A DNA stretch of 64,000 nucleotides from positions 31,096 to 95,095 of the forward strand of contig JAADJD010000005.1 of assembly GCA_013150955.1 (NCBI GenBank). The letters are read 5' to 3'. The position numbers were made by a program, and so were the translations under genes. The stretch is from Calditrichota bacterium. GTDB taxonomy: Bacteria; Calditrichota; Calditrichia; RBG-13-44-9; J042. This document shows positions 31,706-41,514 of this stretch, piece after piece. Position 1 is the first letter of the stretch. Every line of letters starts with the position of its first letter. The notes beneath the pieces were generated by a model. The model was not told the origin of the DNA. It worked only from the letters and a program-made list of their open reading frames with translations, and ran no database searches.

Positions 31706-32815
31706 ATGAAAGGGGCGTTTGTGGACAGGAAAAAACCATTGCGTTTAATCGATGCCGGAACCATTCCGTATCTGGAATCTCAGACTATTTATCACGCCGT
31801 GGCCCATGCCATGACCCCGGAAACGCCGGACACTGCCATCCTGGTCAGTCCCCAAACTCCGTACGTTTGCGTGGGATTCCATCAGGAGGTAGATCGTGAA
31901 GTGGATCTGGAATATTGTCAGGCGCATCAGATTCCGGTTACCCGTCGTGAGGTAGGCGGTGGGGCGGTGCTTCTGGATGCCAATCAAATTTTTACTCAAT
32001 GGGTGTTTCAGCCCGATCATGTTCCCCTGAAAGTGGTGGATCGGTTTCGGTTGCATGCGGAACCCATCATGGCCACTTATCGGGATTTTGGGGTGGAAGC
32101 CAATTTCCGGCCCATTAATGACATTCACGTAAGCGGGAAAAAGATTGGGGGCATGGGGGCAGCAGCCATTGGCAATGCAGAGGTCGTGGTCAGCTCGCTG
32201 ATGCTGGATTTCGATACCCGGACCATGGCCCGGGTGTTGAAAGTACCCAACGAGAAGTTCCGGGATAAGGTCTTTCAGGGACTGGAAAACTACATGACCA
32301 CCCTGAAAAAAGAGCTGGGGCAGATGCCGGATCGGGACGAAGTGAAACAACACTACGTCCGGCATCTGGAAGAGGTTTTGCAGCGGCCGGTCGAGTGGGG
32401 TGAGTTGACTCCTGGCGAAAAGGAGGTCATGGCCCAGTTAAATGCCCGCTTTGCCACCCGGGAATGGTTGTACCAGAAAGGTGGGCTGGTTCGAGGCGCC
32501 GTGAAGATCCACAGCGGTGTATGGGTGGGGGAAACGGCTTACAAGGCACCCGGTGGCCTGATTCGCATCACGCTCCGCATCCGGGAAAATACCATCGATG
32601 ACCTGGCCATTTCCGGGGACTTCACGTTTTATCCGCAACATCAGCTGGCGGCCTTCGAGGCCTTTTTGAAGGGCCATTCTCTGGAACCCGCCACCCTGCG
32701 GCGTACCATCGAGGCATTCTACCAGGAAACGGGCGTGCAAACACCGGGCATCGAAGTTGACCACTGGCTGACGGTTTTTGGTCAGCTGGCGGATGCGGTG
32801 GCAAAACACAGTTGA
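31706..32815 (+). CDS. lplA: Lipoate-protein ligase A-like (LplA/LipB/BirA family) for LbpA maturation
   Basis: GKKIGGMGAAAIG matches the lipoyl-AMP-binding Lys motif region of LplA; 369 aa; possible alternative GTG start at 31724. Confidence 0.75.
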   Translation: MKGAFVDRKKPLRLIDAGTIPYLESQTIYHAVAHAMTPETPDTAILVSPQTPYVCVGFHQEVDREVDLEYCQAHQIPVTRREVGGGAVLLDANQIFTQWVFQPDHVPLKVVDRFRLHAEPIMATYRDFGVEANFRPINDIHVSGKKIGGMGAAAIGNAEVVVSSLMLDFDTRTMARVLKVPNEKFRDKVFQGLENYMTTLKKELGQMPDRDEVKQHYVRHLEEVLQRPVEWGELTPGEKEVMAQLNARFATREWLYQKGGLVRGAVKIHSGVWVGETAYKAPGGLIRITLRIRENTIDDLAISGDFTFYPQHQLAAFEAFLKGHSLEPATLRRTIEAFYQETGVQTPGIEVDHWLTVFGQLADAVAKHS

Positions 32816-33074
32816 GTCCGTGAATGCATGGGAGAACAAAATACTGGGACTCCGAGAACTCAGCGAGATGTACCTGCAGGAAGCCGGAAAGTGGGTGTTG
32901 CTGGAAATTCTGGAAACCGATGCGCGCGGTCAGGCCAGTCGGGTCCGGGTGGTGAAATTGAGTCCCCGTAAGGATGATTTGCTGGACTACATGATGGAAC
33001 ACGACGAAGACTGGGATTGGCACAAACAATTCGTTATCGTCCACGCCGATCCCAAACTCTGTACGTTGCTGTAA
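32778..33074 (+). CDS. Small hypothetical protein; start uncertain
   Basis: ORF only; overlaps lplA end; no clear SD; retained because such small ORFs are conserved in sHdr loci. Confidence 0.3.
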   Translation: MVSWRMRWQNTVESVNAWENKILGLRELSEMYLQEAGKWVLLEILETDARGQASRVRVVKLSPRKDDLLDYMMEHDEDWDWHKQFVIVHADPKLCTLL

Positions 33075-33153
33075 AACAAAGCACCAGGGCAATCGGCCAA
33101 TTCATTAGATGGCAGATGAGGACAATCGATTGGAATTAAAATAAGCGAGGGAA

Positions 33154-33540
33154 ATGGATATGGAAGATCTGGAAGGCAAAAAGATTCTGGTAATTCAAAC
33201 CCACGGAGTGGATACGCCCACGCGGACGTATTCGCCGGTGTATTATGCCATTGCCGCGGCAGCCATGGAGATGGATGTGATGATCTGGTTTACCATGAAC
33301 GGTACCAATCAGTTGCGGAAAGGCGAGGCGGAAAAAATCGAATTGAAACCCGGCAGCGGGGTAACCCTGAAGACCTTGCTGGATCAGGCCCTGGACGCCG
33401 GGGTGAAATTATCCGTGTGCCAGCAAAGCATGGATCTGTGGGACATGAAGCCCGAAGACCTGATCGATGGGGTAAAGATCCTGGGAGCCACCAGCATCAT
33501 CGATCTGGCCCTGGAGGCCGATCACGTGATGTATTTCTAA
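33154..33540 (+). CDS. DsrE/DsrF-family protein (second copy, DsrE2-like)
   Basis: 128 aa; DsrE-like fold pattern with Cys in SVCQQSMD. Confidence 0.65.
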   Translation: MDMEDLEGKKILVIQTHGVDTPTRTYSPVYYAIAAAAMEMDVMIWFTMNGTNQLRKGEAEKIELKPGSGVTLKTLLDQALDAGVKLSVCQQSMDLWDMKPEDLIDGVKILGATSIIDLALEADHVMYF

Positions 33541-33685
33541 ATCAAAAAATTGGCACATTTGAGATTCAAATGAAGATGGGAAAACCGGGGAAATTAGAAA
33601 AGATTTCTTTGAGCTGGCCGGGAAGCCATAGCCGGGAATGTAAGCGATTGAGCACAATTTGAAAATTAAGTGAAGGAGTGCTGCT

Positions 33686-34144
33686 ATGTCAGACGTTGGG
33701 GAAGTTCGTGGATGCAGGATACCGAAGGACCTGTACTATTCGGTGGACGACCATACCTGGGTTCGCCTGAATGAGGATGGCACCGTCACCGTGGGTATGA
33801 CCGATGTGGCCCAGAATCTGGCCGGGCCGGTGCTGCATGCCAAGGTGAAGAAGGTGGGGTTGACCCGTGCCCGGGGAAAACCCATCGGCACCGTGGAAAG
33901 TGCCAAGTGGGTGGGGCCTATCAAAACACCGGTATCTGGAGAAATTGTGGAGGTGAACGAGAAATTGGCGGAAGACCCTCAATTGCTGAATCGCGATCCC
34001 TATGGTGAAGGCTGGGTGGTCAAAATGAAACCCACCAACTGGGACGAGGAGGTGAAGGACCTGGTCACCGGAGAAGAAGCGGTGGAAAAGTATCGGGAAA
34101 AGGTTGAACGGGAAGATATTAAAGCGTGTGACCATATCGAATAG
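33686..34144 (+). CDS. lbpA: Lipoate-binding protein LbpA (GcvH-like)
   Basis: GcvH-like with lipoyl-lysine motif VESAKW; GAAGGAG SD. Confidence 0.8.
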   Translation: MSDVGEVRGCRIPKDLYYSVDDHTWVRLNEDGTVTVGMTDVAQNLAGPVLHAKVKKVGLTRARGKPIGTVESAKWVGPIKTPVSGEIVEVNEKLAEDPQLLNRDPYGEGWVVKMKPTNWDEEVKDLVTGEEAVEKYREKVEREDIKACDHIE

Positions 34145-34312
34145 CGACGGTGAATGTTGCTGGATGCGGGTTGTGTGTACAACGTGACGGGGACGGGCAG
34201 AAAAAGGGTTGAGGACATGACATGCGTCAGGGCAAAGGGAATCCGCACCTGTTGACAGGGCAGGATTCTTTGCCCAAATCCATTGCAACGATGTAGCGTA
34301 AGGAGAGGGCTC

Positions 34313-35041
34313 ATGAATTTTGACATCAATTCAACGCCACTGGATTTAACCGGGGAAAAATACAGGGATGTTCCTTACGAGGAAAAGGAACGCTTGTTTA
34401 ACGAGATCAAAGCCGATGTCCGTTTTCACGATGTGCTGTATGGGTGTTATGAATGCGGGGTGTGTGTGGCGGCCTGTCCATCCGCCCGGTTCTACGACTT
34501 CAGTCCACGGGTCATTGCCCAGGCTGTGGCGCGGGAGGATGTGGAGCTGGTCTACACCCTGATGAACGATAGCATCTGGGACTGTTCGCAATGCTTTTCC
34601 TGCGATCGCTGTCCGCGGGGGAATTCGCCTGGTGGACTGATTACCCTGATGCGCGAGGTGGCGGTCAAAAACGGTCTGGAAACCGCCAAGGAAGCGCTGG
34701 AAGGCTACGGTCGCATTATTTACAAGATTATGTCCACGGGAACTCAGGTATCGCCCGATATGCTCCAGCCCAATGCCTTTCCGGACTGGGGACACCATGT
34801 GAATGAAATTGCGGAAAATCTGGATCTCTGGCGTCGTGCCCTGCCACCGGAAACCCTGCACACCGTGGAAACCGGCTGGAGTGTGAGCGAAAAAACCATC
34901 ATCGAACTTTACCTGATCTGGCACATGACCGGCGTAATGGACATGATCAAAGAAATCGATGAAGGCCTGTTCATGATTTTACAGGACGTAATGGAAGAAC
35001 GCCTGGAGGATGCCGGTTACGATGTTTTGTTCGATGAATAA
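34313..35041 (+). CDS. hdrC: Heterodisulfide reductase-like subunit C (sHdrC1), two 4Fe-4S clusters
   Basis: CYECGVCVAACP and CSQCFSCDRCP ferredoxin motifs; start at 34313 (AAGGAGA SD) rather than 34283. Confidence 0.85.
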   Translation: MNFDINSTPLDLTGEKYRDVPYEEKERLFNEIKADVRFHDVLYGCYECGVCVAACPSARFYDFSPRVIAQAVAREDVELVYTLMNDSIWDCSQCFSCDRCPRGNSPGGLITLMREVAVKNGLETAKEALEGYGRIIYKIMSTGTQVSPDMLQPNAFPDWGHHVNEIAENLDLWRRALPPETLHTVETGWSVSEKTIIELYLIWHMTGVMDMIKEIDEGLFMILQDVMEERLEDAGYDVLFDE

Positions 35042-35089
35042 AGGCGGTTGGACGCCAATCCACAGTCGAACTAAGTAAGGAGAACCATT

Positions 35090-36295
35090 ATGGGACAGCA
35101 AGTTATCCCGGTGGAAGAACTGATTAAATCCAAGAAAAAACCCGGTTTTAAATACACCCCCGAGGAAGCCCCCACGGAGGATTATCGAGACATCCTGTTT
35201 CAGCTGGAAAAAGAAGGCGAGCTGGAGGTCATTCGGGTTCCCGAGCCGTACGTGGAGGTAACCACCAAGTATGGTCGCAAAAAGAAAATTCCCCTGGAGC
35301 ATACCTGGCATCATAAGAGTTGCGGTCAGTGTGGGCACATTCCGGGATATTCCACATCGATTTTCTGGTTGAACCGCCAGTTTGGATTCGACTATGTGGA
35401 TCCCAGCGACCAGACCTCCTGTACAGCCTGGAACTACTACGCTTCGGCGACATCGAATGCGGAAGCCCAGGCGGCCGTGGCGGTTCGCAATTTTGCTGCA
35501 GCAGCGGAAACCGGCCGCTTCCCTCTGATCCACTGTGGTACCAGCTTCGGGCACTATAAAGAAGTGCGCCACGAACTGCTTCACCATCATGATCTGCGCC
35601 GCAAGGTGCGTGAGATTATGGAACGTCTGGGCAAAAAACTGGTCTTCCCGGAAGAAATTGTACATTACAGTGAGTGGGTTTATGCCATTCGCGATAAAAT
35701 TGCCGAGCGCCAGGTGATCGACATGAAACACATCGTGGCCTCGGTTCATCCCGCCTGTCATTATCACAAACTGGTGGAAGAGGATGCCATTTACGATCCC
35801 GAAATTTACGGGGCTCAGCGAACGGCCGTCGTGACCGGCACGCTAAAAGCCCTGGGAATCCAGATCGGGGAATATTCCAGCTGGTACGATTGCTGCGGAT
35901 TCGGATTCCGCCATATTCTGGTGTCGCGGGACTTTTCTCGTTCCTTTGCAGTGCAGCGGAAAATCGAAGTCATGAAGGAAGAAGCCAACCCCGATGTTGT
36001 CGTTACCCACGACACGGGATGCGTCACCACCCTGGATCAAAGCCAGTTTGCCGGAAAGGCACATGGCAAGAAGGTGGGCATCCCGGTCATGTCCGATTCC
36101 CAGATTGCTGCGCTGGCCATGGGGGCGCATCCCTACAAAGTGTTGCAGCTACACTGGCACAACACCGAAAACCGGCCGTTCCTGGAAAAACTGGGCATTG
36201 ACCCCGATGAAAAGTGGCGGGAATTCGAGGAAGCCCTGGAAAAATTGAAACGTGGTGAAAAACAATACTTAACCTGGGAGGATGCAGATGCCTAA
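35090..36295 (+). CDS. hdrB: Heterodisulfide reductase-like subunit B (sHdrB1), CCG domains
   Basis: Two Cys-rich CCG-type domains (CTAWNYY..., SWYDCCGFGF). Confidence 0.85.
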   Translation: MGQQVIPVEELIKSKKKPGFKYTPEEAPTEDYRDILFQLEKEGELEVIRVPEPYVEVTTKYGRKKKIPLEHTWHHKSCGQCGHIPGYSTSIFWLNRQFGFDYVDPSDQTSCTAWNYYASATSNAEAQAAVAVRNFAAAAETGRFPLIHCGTSFGHYKEVRHELLHHHDLRRKVREIMERLGKKLVFPEEIVHYSEWVYAIRDKIAERQVIDMKHIVASVHPACHYHKLVEEDAIYDPEIYGAQRTAVVTGTLKALGIQIGEYSSWYDCCGFGFRHILVSRDFSRSFAVQRKIEVMKEEANPDVVVTHDTGCVTTLDQSQFAGKAHGKKVGIPVMSDSQIAALAMGAHPYKVLQLHWHNTENRPFLEKLGIDPDEKWREFEEALEKLKRGEKQYLTWEDADA

Positions 36296-37352
36296 TCAAG
36301 ACATTCTCGTGATTGGAGGAGGCCCCGCAGGTCTGGAGGCCGCTCGTTCGATTGGAGACCTGGGATACAAAGCCATTTTAATCGAAAAACGGGATCGTCT
36401 GGGAGGTACACCGGACGAAGCCAGTTATGCCGCCTTAACCCCGGACCTTCGCAGTGCTGAGGAAGCCATGAACGCCATGATCCAGGCGGTGGAGAATAAT
36501 CCCAATGTAGACGTTCGACTGGGTACAACGGTGGTGGCTGCGGAGGGCAGTGTGGGAGACTTTAAAGTGACCATTCAAAATGGAAAGGGAAAAGAAACCC
36601 TGAACGTGGGAGCGGTGATCATTGCCACCGGCTTTCAACATTTCGATCCCGGTCGGGAAACCCAAAAATACGGGTACTATGAATATGAAGACGTCATTAC
36701 GCTGGTGGATTGCGAAAAGATGCTTAAAGCCCACCGTTTTGTGCGCCCTTCTGATGGGAAAAAGCCGGAGCGAGTATGCTTCATTCAGTGCGTGGGTTCC
36801 CGCGATCGCCGCATCGGGAATGAGTACTGTTCAAAAGTGTGTTGTGGAATCGCTTCCAAGGAGGCCATTGAAATTCGCCAGCTGGTGCCCGATTGCAAGG
36901 TGTTCATTTTTTACATCGACATGCGTATGTACGCATACTGGGAACCCGATCTGTACTGGAAGGCGCAGGAAGAACACAAGGTGAACTACGTTAAAGGCAT
37001 TGCCACGGAAATCGTCAAAAAAGGGGACAAATTGCTGGTGAAGGGAGAAGACACAACCCTGCGGCGTCCGTTTGAGATTCCCATGGACATTGTGATTCTC
37101 TCTGTGGGAATGGAGCCCAGTCAGGGAACCCGCGAAATGGCAAAGATCTTCGGGCTGAAGCAGAATAAATATCAGTTCATCGAGGCAGTCGGTGCCCCCA
37201 TGGACACGGTGAGCACGTCGGTGCCCGGTGTGTTTGCAGCTGGTGCCTGTACGGGGCCTGCGGATTTAGAGGATTCCATCTCCGCTGCCGGTCTGGCGGC
37301 CATGCGCGCCATTAAGGCCGTGCGGGAAAACGGTACCAAAAAAGCCAGCTAA
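36288..37352 (+). CDS. hdrA: Heterodisulfide reductase-like subunit A (sHdrA): FAD plus 4Fe-4S flavoprotein
   Basis: VIGGGPAGLEAA dinucleotide fold; Cys cluster CFIQCVGSRD...EYCSKVCCG. Confidence 0.85.
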   Translation: MPNQDILVIGGGPAGLEAARSIGDLGYKAILIEKRDRLGGTPDEASYAALTPDLRSAEEAMNAMIQAVENNPNVDVRLGTTVVAAEGSVGDFKVTIQNGKGKETLNVGAVIIATGFQHFDPGRETQKYGYYEYEDVITLVDCEKMLKAHRFVRPSDGKKPERVCFIQCVGSRDRRIGNEYCSKVCCGIASKEAIEIRQLVPDCKVFIFYIDMRMYAYWEPDLYWKAQEEHKVNYVKGIATEIVKKGDKLLVKGEDTTLRRPFEIPMDIVILSVGMEPSQGTREMAKIFGLKQNKYQFIEAVGAPMDTVSTSVPGVFAAGACTGPADLEDSISAAGLAAMRAIKAVRENGTKKAS

Positions 37353-37363
37353 AAGGAAAGCCA

Positions 37364-38110
37364 ATGGCGCTGTTCATCGACAAACAATCTACCAAGGAAT
37401 TTATGCTGGAGACGCTTTCCCGGATTACCCTGGAAGAACTGGAGCAAATCCAGGCAGACCTGCATTTGAAGAGTCAATGCGTGCAGGAAATGGTTCGGCA
37501 GGCATCGGGAGGGCGTTTTTCCGATGGCACCTTGCGGCAGCTGTTGCGGTGCGTATTTGCAACCCGGCGGCGCGCCAATAAAATTGCGGACCGGTACCCG
37601 GCGGACTATTTTGCCAGACACATCCAGAGCTTGCTGGATCCAGGCAAACCGGTGGAATGGCGTTTTCAGGAATTCTTTCACGCCTTCCCGGACATTGAGG
37701 CCAGCCAGCGCTATGATCTGGCCAGCGAGATCCTCTTTTTTTCCCATCCCGATCAATACTGGATGTGGACCCGCTGGATGTGGGATCCCCGCACCCGAAC
37801 CGGTTCGCTGCCCCTGGTGCTAATGGAACAGGTTTCCCTGGAAGGCAACTCCGAGGGAGAAATTTACCGGAAGGTGGGAGAAGCCGTCCGTCACCTTCAG
37901 GAAATCGGGCGGACGCGCGAAATCCCTTCCTTTCTGCAAACCGCGTATGGGGTGTACACCTATCTGGCCTGTGTTTATGTGATTTACAGTTACACCGTGC
38001 TGCGAATGCGCATGACACAGGAGTTCAACAAGGTGATGCCGAAATTACCCGAATTTATTCGAAGGCTGCTTGGCATTTATAGATTGGAGGAATTGAAACA
38101 TGCCAGTTGA
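37364..38110 (+). CDS. Conserved hypothetical protein of sHdr loci ('hyp' between hdrA and hdrC2)
   Basis: Position and size (248 aa) match the hdrC1B1A-hyp-hdrC2B2 arrangement; no cofactor motifs. Confidence 0.65.
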   Translation: MALFIDKQSTKEFMLETLSRITLEELEQIQADLHLKSQCVQEMVRQASGGRFSDGTLRQLLRCVFATRRRANKIADRYPADYFARHIQSLLDPGKPVEWRFQEFFHAFPDIEASQRYDLASEILFFSHPDQYWMWTRWMWDPRTRTGSLPLVLMEQVSLEGNSEGEIYRKVGEAVRHLQEIGRTREIPSFLQTAYGVYTYLACVYVIYSYTVLRMRMTQEFNKVMPKLPEFIRRLLGIYRLEELKHAS

Positions 38111-39362
38111 TCCCAAACAAATTCGCGCCAAAGACAAAGTGGTTGTCGATGGCATTGAGCTGACCAGCGAATGGAACCGCATGTTCGATCAGCGTCCGGT
38201 TTTTGATTATGACGTGGATGTTCTGGATAAAATCGCCAGCATTCCCGGAGCCGAGTCCATTGCCTGGTGTTATCAGTGTGCCCAGTGTGTGCCTGTGTGT
38301 CCGGTAAATGAGGTCGGGGATTACGGCCCGCGGAAGATTTACCGGCGATTGCAATTTGGAATCGATCTGCTTACGGATGATGAATTGTGGAAGTGCACCA
38401 CCTGCATGAATTGTTTGCGGGTATGCCCGAAGGATGTGAATATGATTGACATCATGCCGGCCGTCCGCGAAGAGGCCGTGATGGAAGGCCACGTGCCGGC
38501 CGAACTGCAAGAAGTGTTCGAAAACACGTTTGAATATGGCAATCCCCTGGGTGAATCGCCCCGCAAGCGGGCGGATTGGGTGAAGGACGCCGGCGTGCCG
38601 GTGCCAATCATGAAGGAGAAAAAAGAGGCGGATATTTTGTGGTTCGTGGAGTGTTACCCATCCTATCATCCCCGTGGGAAAGAAACCAGTGTAGCACTGG
38701 CCAAAGTATTGAATGCGCTGGGAGTCGATTTTGCCATTCTGGGGGTTGAGGAAAAGTGCAGCTGCGACTCGCAGCGACTGGCAGGCGAGCGGGGATTGTT
38801 CGAAGAATTTGCCGAAGAAAACATCAAAACTTTCAGCAAATACAAATTTAACAGGATTCTGGTGACCGATCCGCATGCGCTAAATGCCTTTAAAACGGAA
38901 TACCCCAAACTGGGCGGAGAATACGATGTGGTGCATTACACCACCTTTCTGGCACCAATGATGGATCGGCTGGAATTGAAGAACCGGTTGAATTATAAAG
39001 TGACCTTTCATGATCCCTGCTACCTGGGACGCCATCACGGGGAATTTGATGCACCGCGGCAGATCATTAATAGCCTGCCGGGAGTGGAGCTGGTGGAGAT
39101 GTGGCGTTGCCGGCAGAATAGCTTCTGCTGCGGAGGCGGGGGCGGTGGCATGTGGCTGGATGGCTTCATGGCCGATCACGTCAAGGAACGGCTTTCGGAA
39201 AATCGGGTTCGCGAAGCTGTGGAGACCGGTGCCGAGGTGCTGGTGGTGTGCTGTCCCTACGAAATTTCCCGGTTCGAAGATGCGGTCAAATCTACCGGCA
39301 ATGAGGGCAAACTGATCGTCAAGGATATCATTGAACTGGTGGTGGAGGCGATGGGCGTGTAG
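38100..39362 (+). CDS. Fused sHdrC2-sHdrB2 (N-terminal 2x[4Fe-4S], C-terminal CCG domains)
   Basis: CYQCAQCVPVCP and CTTCMNCLRVCP followed by CCG motifs (CSCDSQ, CYLGRHHG, CRQNSFCCGGGGG). Confidence 0.85.
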   Translation: MPVDPKQIRAKDKVVVDGIELTSEWNRMFDQRPVFDYDVDVLDKIASIPGAESIAWCYQCAQCVPVCPVNEVGDYGPRKIYRRLQFGIDLLTDDELWKCTTCMNCLRVCPKDVNMIDIMPAVREEAVMEGHVPAELQEVFENTFEYGNPLGESPRKRADWVKDAGVPVPIMKEKKEADILWFVECYPSYHPRGKETSVALAKVLNALGVDFAILGVEEKCSCDSQRLAGERGLFEEFAEENIKTFSKYKFNRILVTDPHALNAFKTEYPKLGGEYDVVHYTTFLAPMMDRLELKNRLNYKVTFHDPCYLGRHHGEFDAPRQIINSLPGVELVEMWRCRQNSFCCGGGGGGMWLDGFMADHVKERLSENRVREAVETGAEVLVVCCPYEISRFEDAVKSTGNEGKLIVKDIIELVVEAMGV

Positions 39363-39553
39363 CCGCCGGGGGTATCCGGAACCCGTGGTGAAGGACAACG
39401 AAGAAAGATCTCACGGTGCCGGAAACACGGGGGCAGGAAGACGGGGATCCCGCGGTTTCTGGCGATACGACGGGCGATTGGGTTGATCGGTAAGAAGATG
39501 AAAAATTAAAAATAAATCACAGCGTGAACGTTTAAGCGGCAAGGAGGTGTGGT

Positions 39554-40318
39554 ATGAACATCATTGTGCCACTTCGGCAGGTACCGGATCTGGTAGAAGA
39601 CCTGGAGATCGATGCTTCCGGGAAGGATCTGGATCGTGAATGGTTAAAATACAAAATCAATGAATTCGATGACCATGCGCTGGAAGAAGCATTGCTTTTG
39701 AAGGAAGACGTGGGCGGAACGGTTACCGCAATGGCTCTGGATGGGGATGATGTGGACAAGCTGTTATTTACGGCGGCTGCTAAAGGGGCGGATAAACTGA
39801 TTAAGGTGACCGGCGATTTTCCCCAACCGCTTTCCAGCCATGCCATTGCCAGAGCCCTGGCCAGTGCCATTCAGGGAATGGATTATCAGCTCATCCTCAT
39901 CGGCGTGCAGGCCGTGGATGAGCTGGACGGCCAGGTGGGGGTGTTGCTGGCCCATTATCTGGGTGTTCCCCACGTATCGGTGGTGACCGGGGTTCAGGTA
40001 ACCAATGGAAAGGCGGTGGTGCATAAGGAATATGCCGGTGGTGTGATGGGCGAGTTTGAGGTCACCTTACCGGCGGTGCTGGGGATTCAGGCGGCACGCC
40101 AGACCCCGCGATATGCACCGGTCAGCCGGGTGCGCATGGCCATGCGGAAATCGACCATTGAGGAGGTGAGCGCCAGCGATACCGCAGCGGGTGGGACGCC
40201 GGAAATTCGGAAACTATTCAAACCCGAAAAAGGTGCCGGCGCGCAGATGCTGGACGGTTCACCCGAAGAAGTGGCCGAAAAAATTGTGAGCATATTAAAA
40301 GAGAAGGGGATTGTGTAA
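39554..40318 (+). CDS. etfB: Electron transfer flavoprotein beta subunit
   Basis: EtfB family N-terminus (MNIIVPLRQVPD) and length; AAGGAGG SD. Confidence 0.9.
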   Translation: MNIIVPLRQVPDLVEDLEIDASGKDLDREWLKYKINEFDDHALEEALLLKEDVGGTVTAMALDGDDVDKLLFTAAAKGADKLIKVTGDFPQPLSSHAIARALASAIQGMDYQLILIGVQAVDELDGQVGVLLAHYLGVPHVSVVTGVQVTNGKAVVHKEYAGGVMGEFEVTLPAVLGIQAARQTPRYAPVSRVRMAMRKSTIEEVSASDTAAGGTPEIRKLFKPEKGAGAQMLDGSPEEVAEKIVSILKEKGIV

Positions 40319-41280
40319 TGAGCGACGTTCTGGTTTTTGCCGAACATTTACAGGGAAATTTTACGGATTCCACGTTTGAGTTGTTGGGAAAAGGCCGGGA
40401 ACTGGCCGCTGCCACCGGTGACCATCTGGTCGCCGCGCTGTTGGGTAACGGGGTCGATGACATGGTTCATCAGCTGGGTGCGGCTGATAAGGTGGTGGCA
40501 GTGGAGCACGATCAACTGGCGGAATTCAATCCCGAAGCCCATACCCTGGCTCTGAAAGCCGTGGTGCAGGCCGTAAATCCCGCCATCATTTTAATCCCTT
40601 ATACCTCCATGGGAATGGATCTGGCCTCTGCCCTGTCTGCCGATCTGGACATCCCGCTGGCATCTTATGTTGCGGATGTTCGGGTGGAGGATGGAAAACT
40701 GGTTACCGTGAGCCAGATGTATGGCGGTAAAGTGAATGTGGAATCGGAAATTGCGGGAAATCAGAAGATCGTGTCCGTACTGGCAGGCGCTTTCCCCGCC
40801 GATGCCGGTAAAAAAGAGGGCAGTCCGGCCGTGGAAAAACTGGATCCCCCTGCCGAGCTGAGCAATTTGCGGGTATCGTTTAAACAGCTGATTGAACCGG
40901 AGGGCGGGGATGTGGACATCACCCAGCAGGACGTGCTGGTGAGCATTGGACGTGGGATTCAGAGCGAGGAAAACATTCCCATGGTCGAGGAACTGGCACA
41001 AAAGCTGGGTGGTGCCGTGTCAGCCTCTCGTCCCATTATTGACAATAAATGGCTACCCAAGAGTCGCCAGGTGGGCAAATCCGGCCTGAAGGTGAAACCC
41101 AAATTATACCTGGCCCTGGGAATTTCGGGAGCACCGGAGCATATCGAAGGAATGAAGGATGCAGAGTTGATCATCGCCATCAATTCCGATCCCAACGCCC
41201 CCATTTTTGAATACGCCCATTACGGGGTGGTGGGCGACCTGTTCGATATTGTGCCGGTGCTGAAGGAGAAACTGGGGTAG
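40318..41280 (+). CDS. etfA: Electron transfer flavoprotein alpha subunit
   Basis: EtfA FAD-binding C-terminal domain (LYLALGISGAPEHIEGM); start overlaps etfB stop. Confidence 0.9.
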   Translation: MSDVLVFAEHLQGNFTDSTFELLGKGRELAAATGDHLVAALLGNGVDDMVHQLGAADKVVAVEHDQLAEFNPEAHTLALKAVVQAVNPAIILIPYTSMGMDLASALSADLDIPLASYVADVRVEDGKLVTVSQMYGGKVNVESEIAGNQKIVSVLAGAFPADAGKKEGSPAVEKLDPPAELSNLRVSFKQLIEPEGGDVDITQQDVLVSIGRGIQSEENIPMVEELAQKLGGAVSASRPIIDNKWLPKSRQVGKSGLKVKPKLYLALGISGAPEHIEGMKDAELIIAINSDPNAPIFEYAHYGVVGDLFDIVPVLKEKLG

Positions 41281-41514
41281 GCAAAAACCATCCTCCCCAC
41301 CATCGCAACCCGAATCCGGGGTGTCCGTCCATGGTGTCGGGATGGCGGGTTACCATCCGGTATCCCGACCTTTCCCGGCAGAACAGGAGGGGAACCCATT
41401 CGGGGCAACAGGCTGGCAAGAAACGTTGTCCTGCCAGCAGGGAAATCATAAGCCATGCTGAGGAATGGTCATCCACAATACCATTGACGGGTCATTTAAA
41501 TTGGAGGAGCGCCC

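Noticed and set aside
36282-36287. Longer start for hdrA at 36282
   Set aside because: GGGAGG lies immediately adjacent to that ATG (no spacer). The ATG at 36288 has proper spacing and still precedes the GGGPAG FAD motif.
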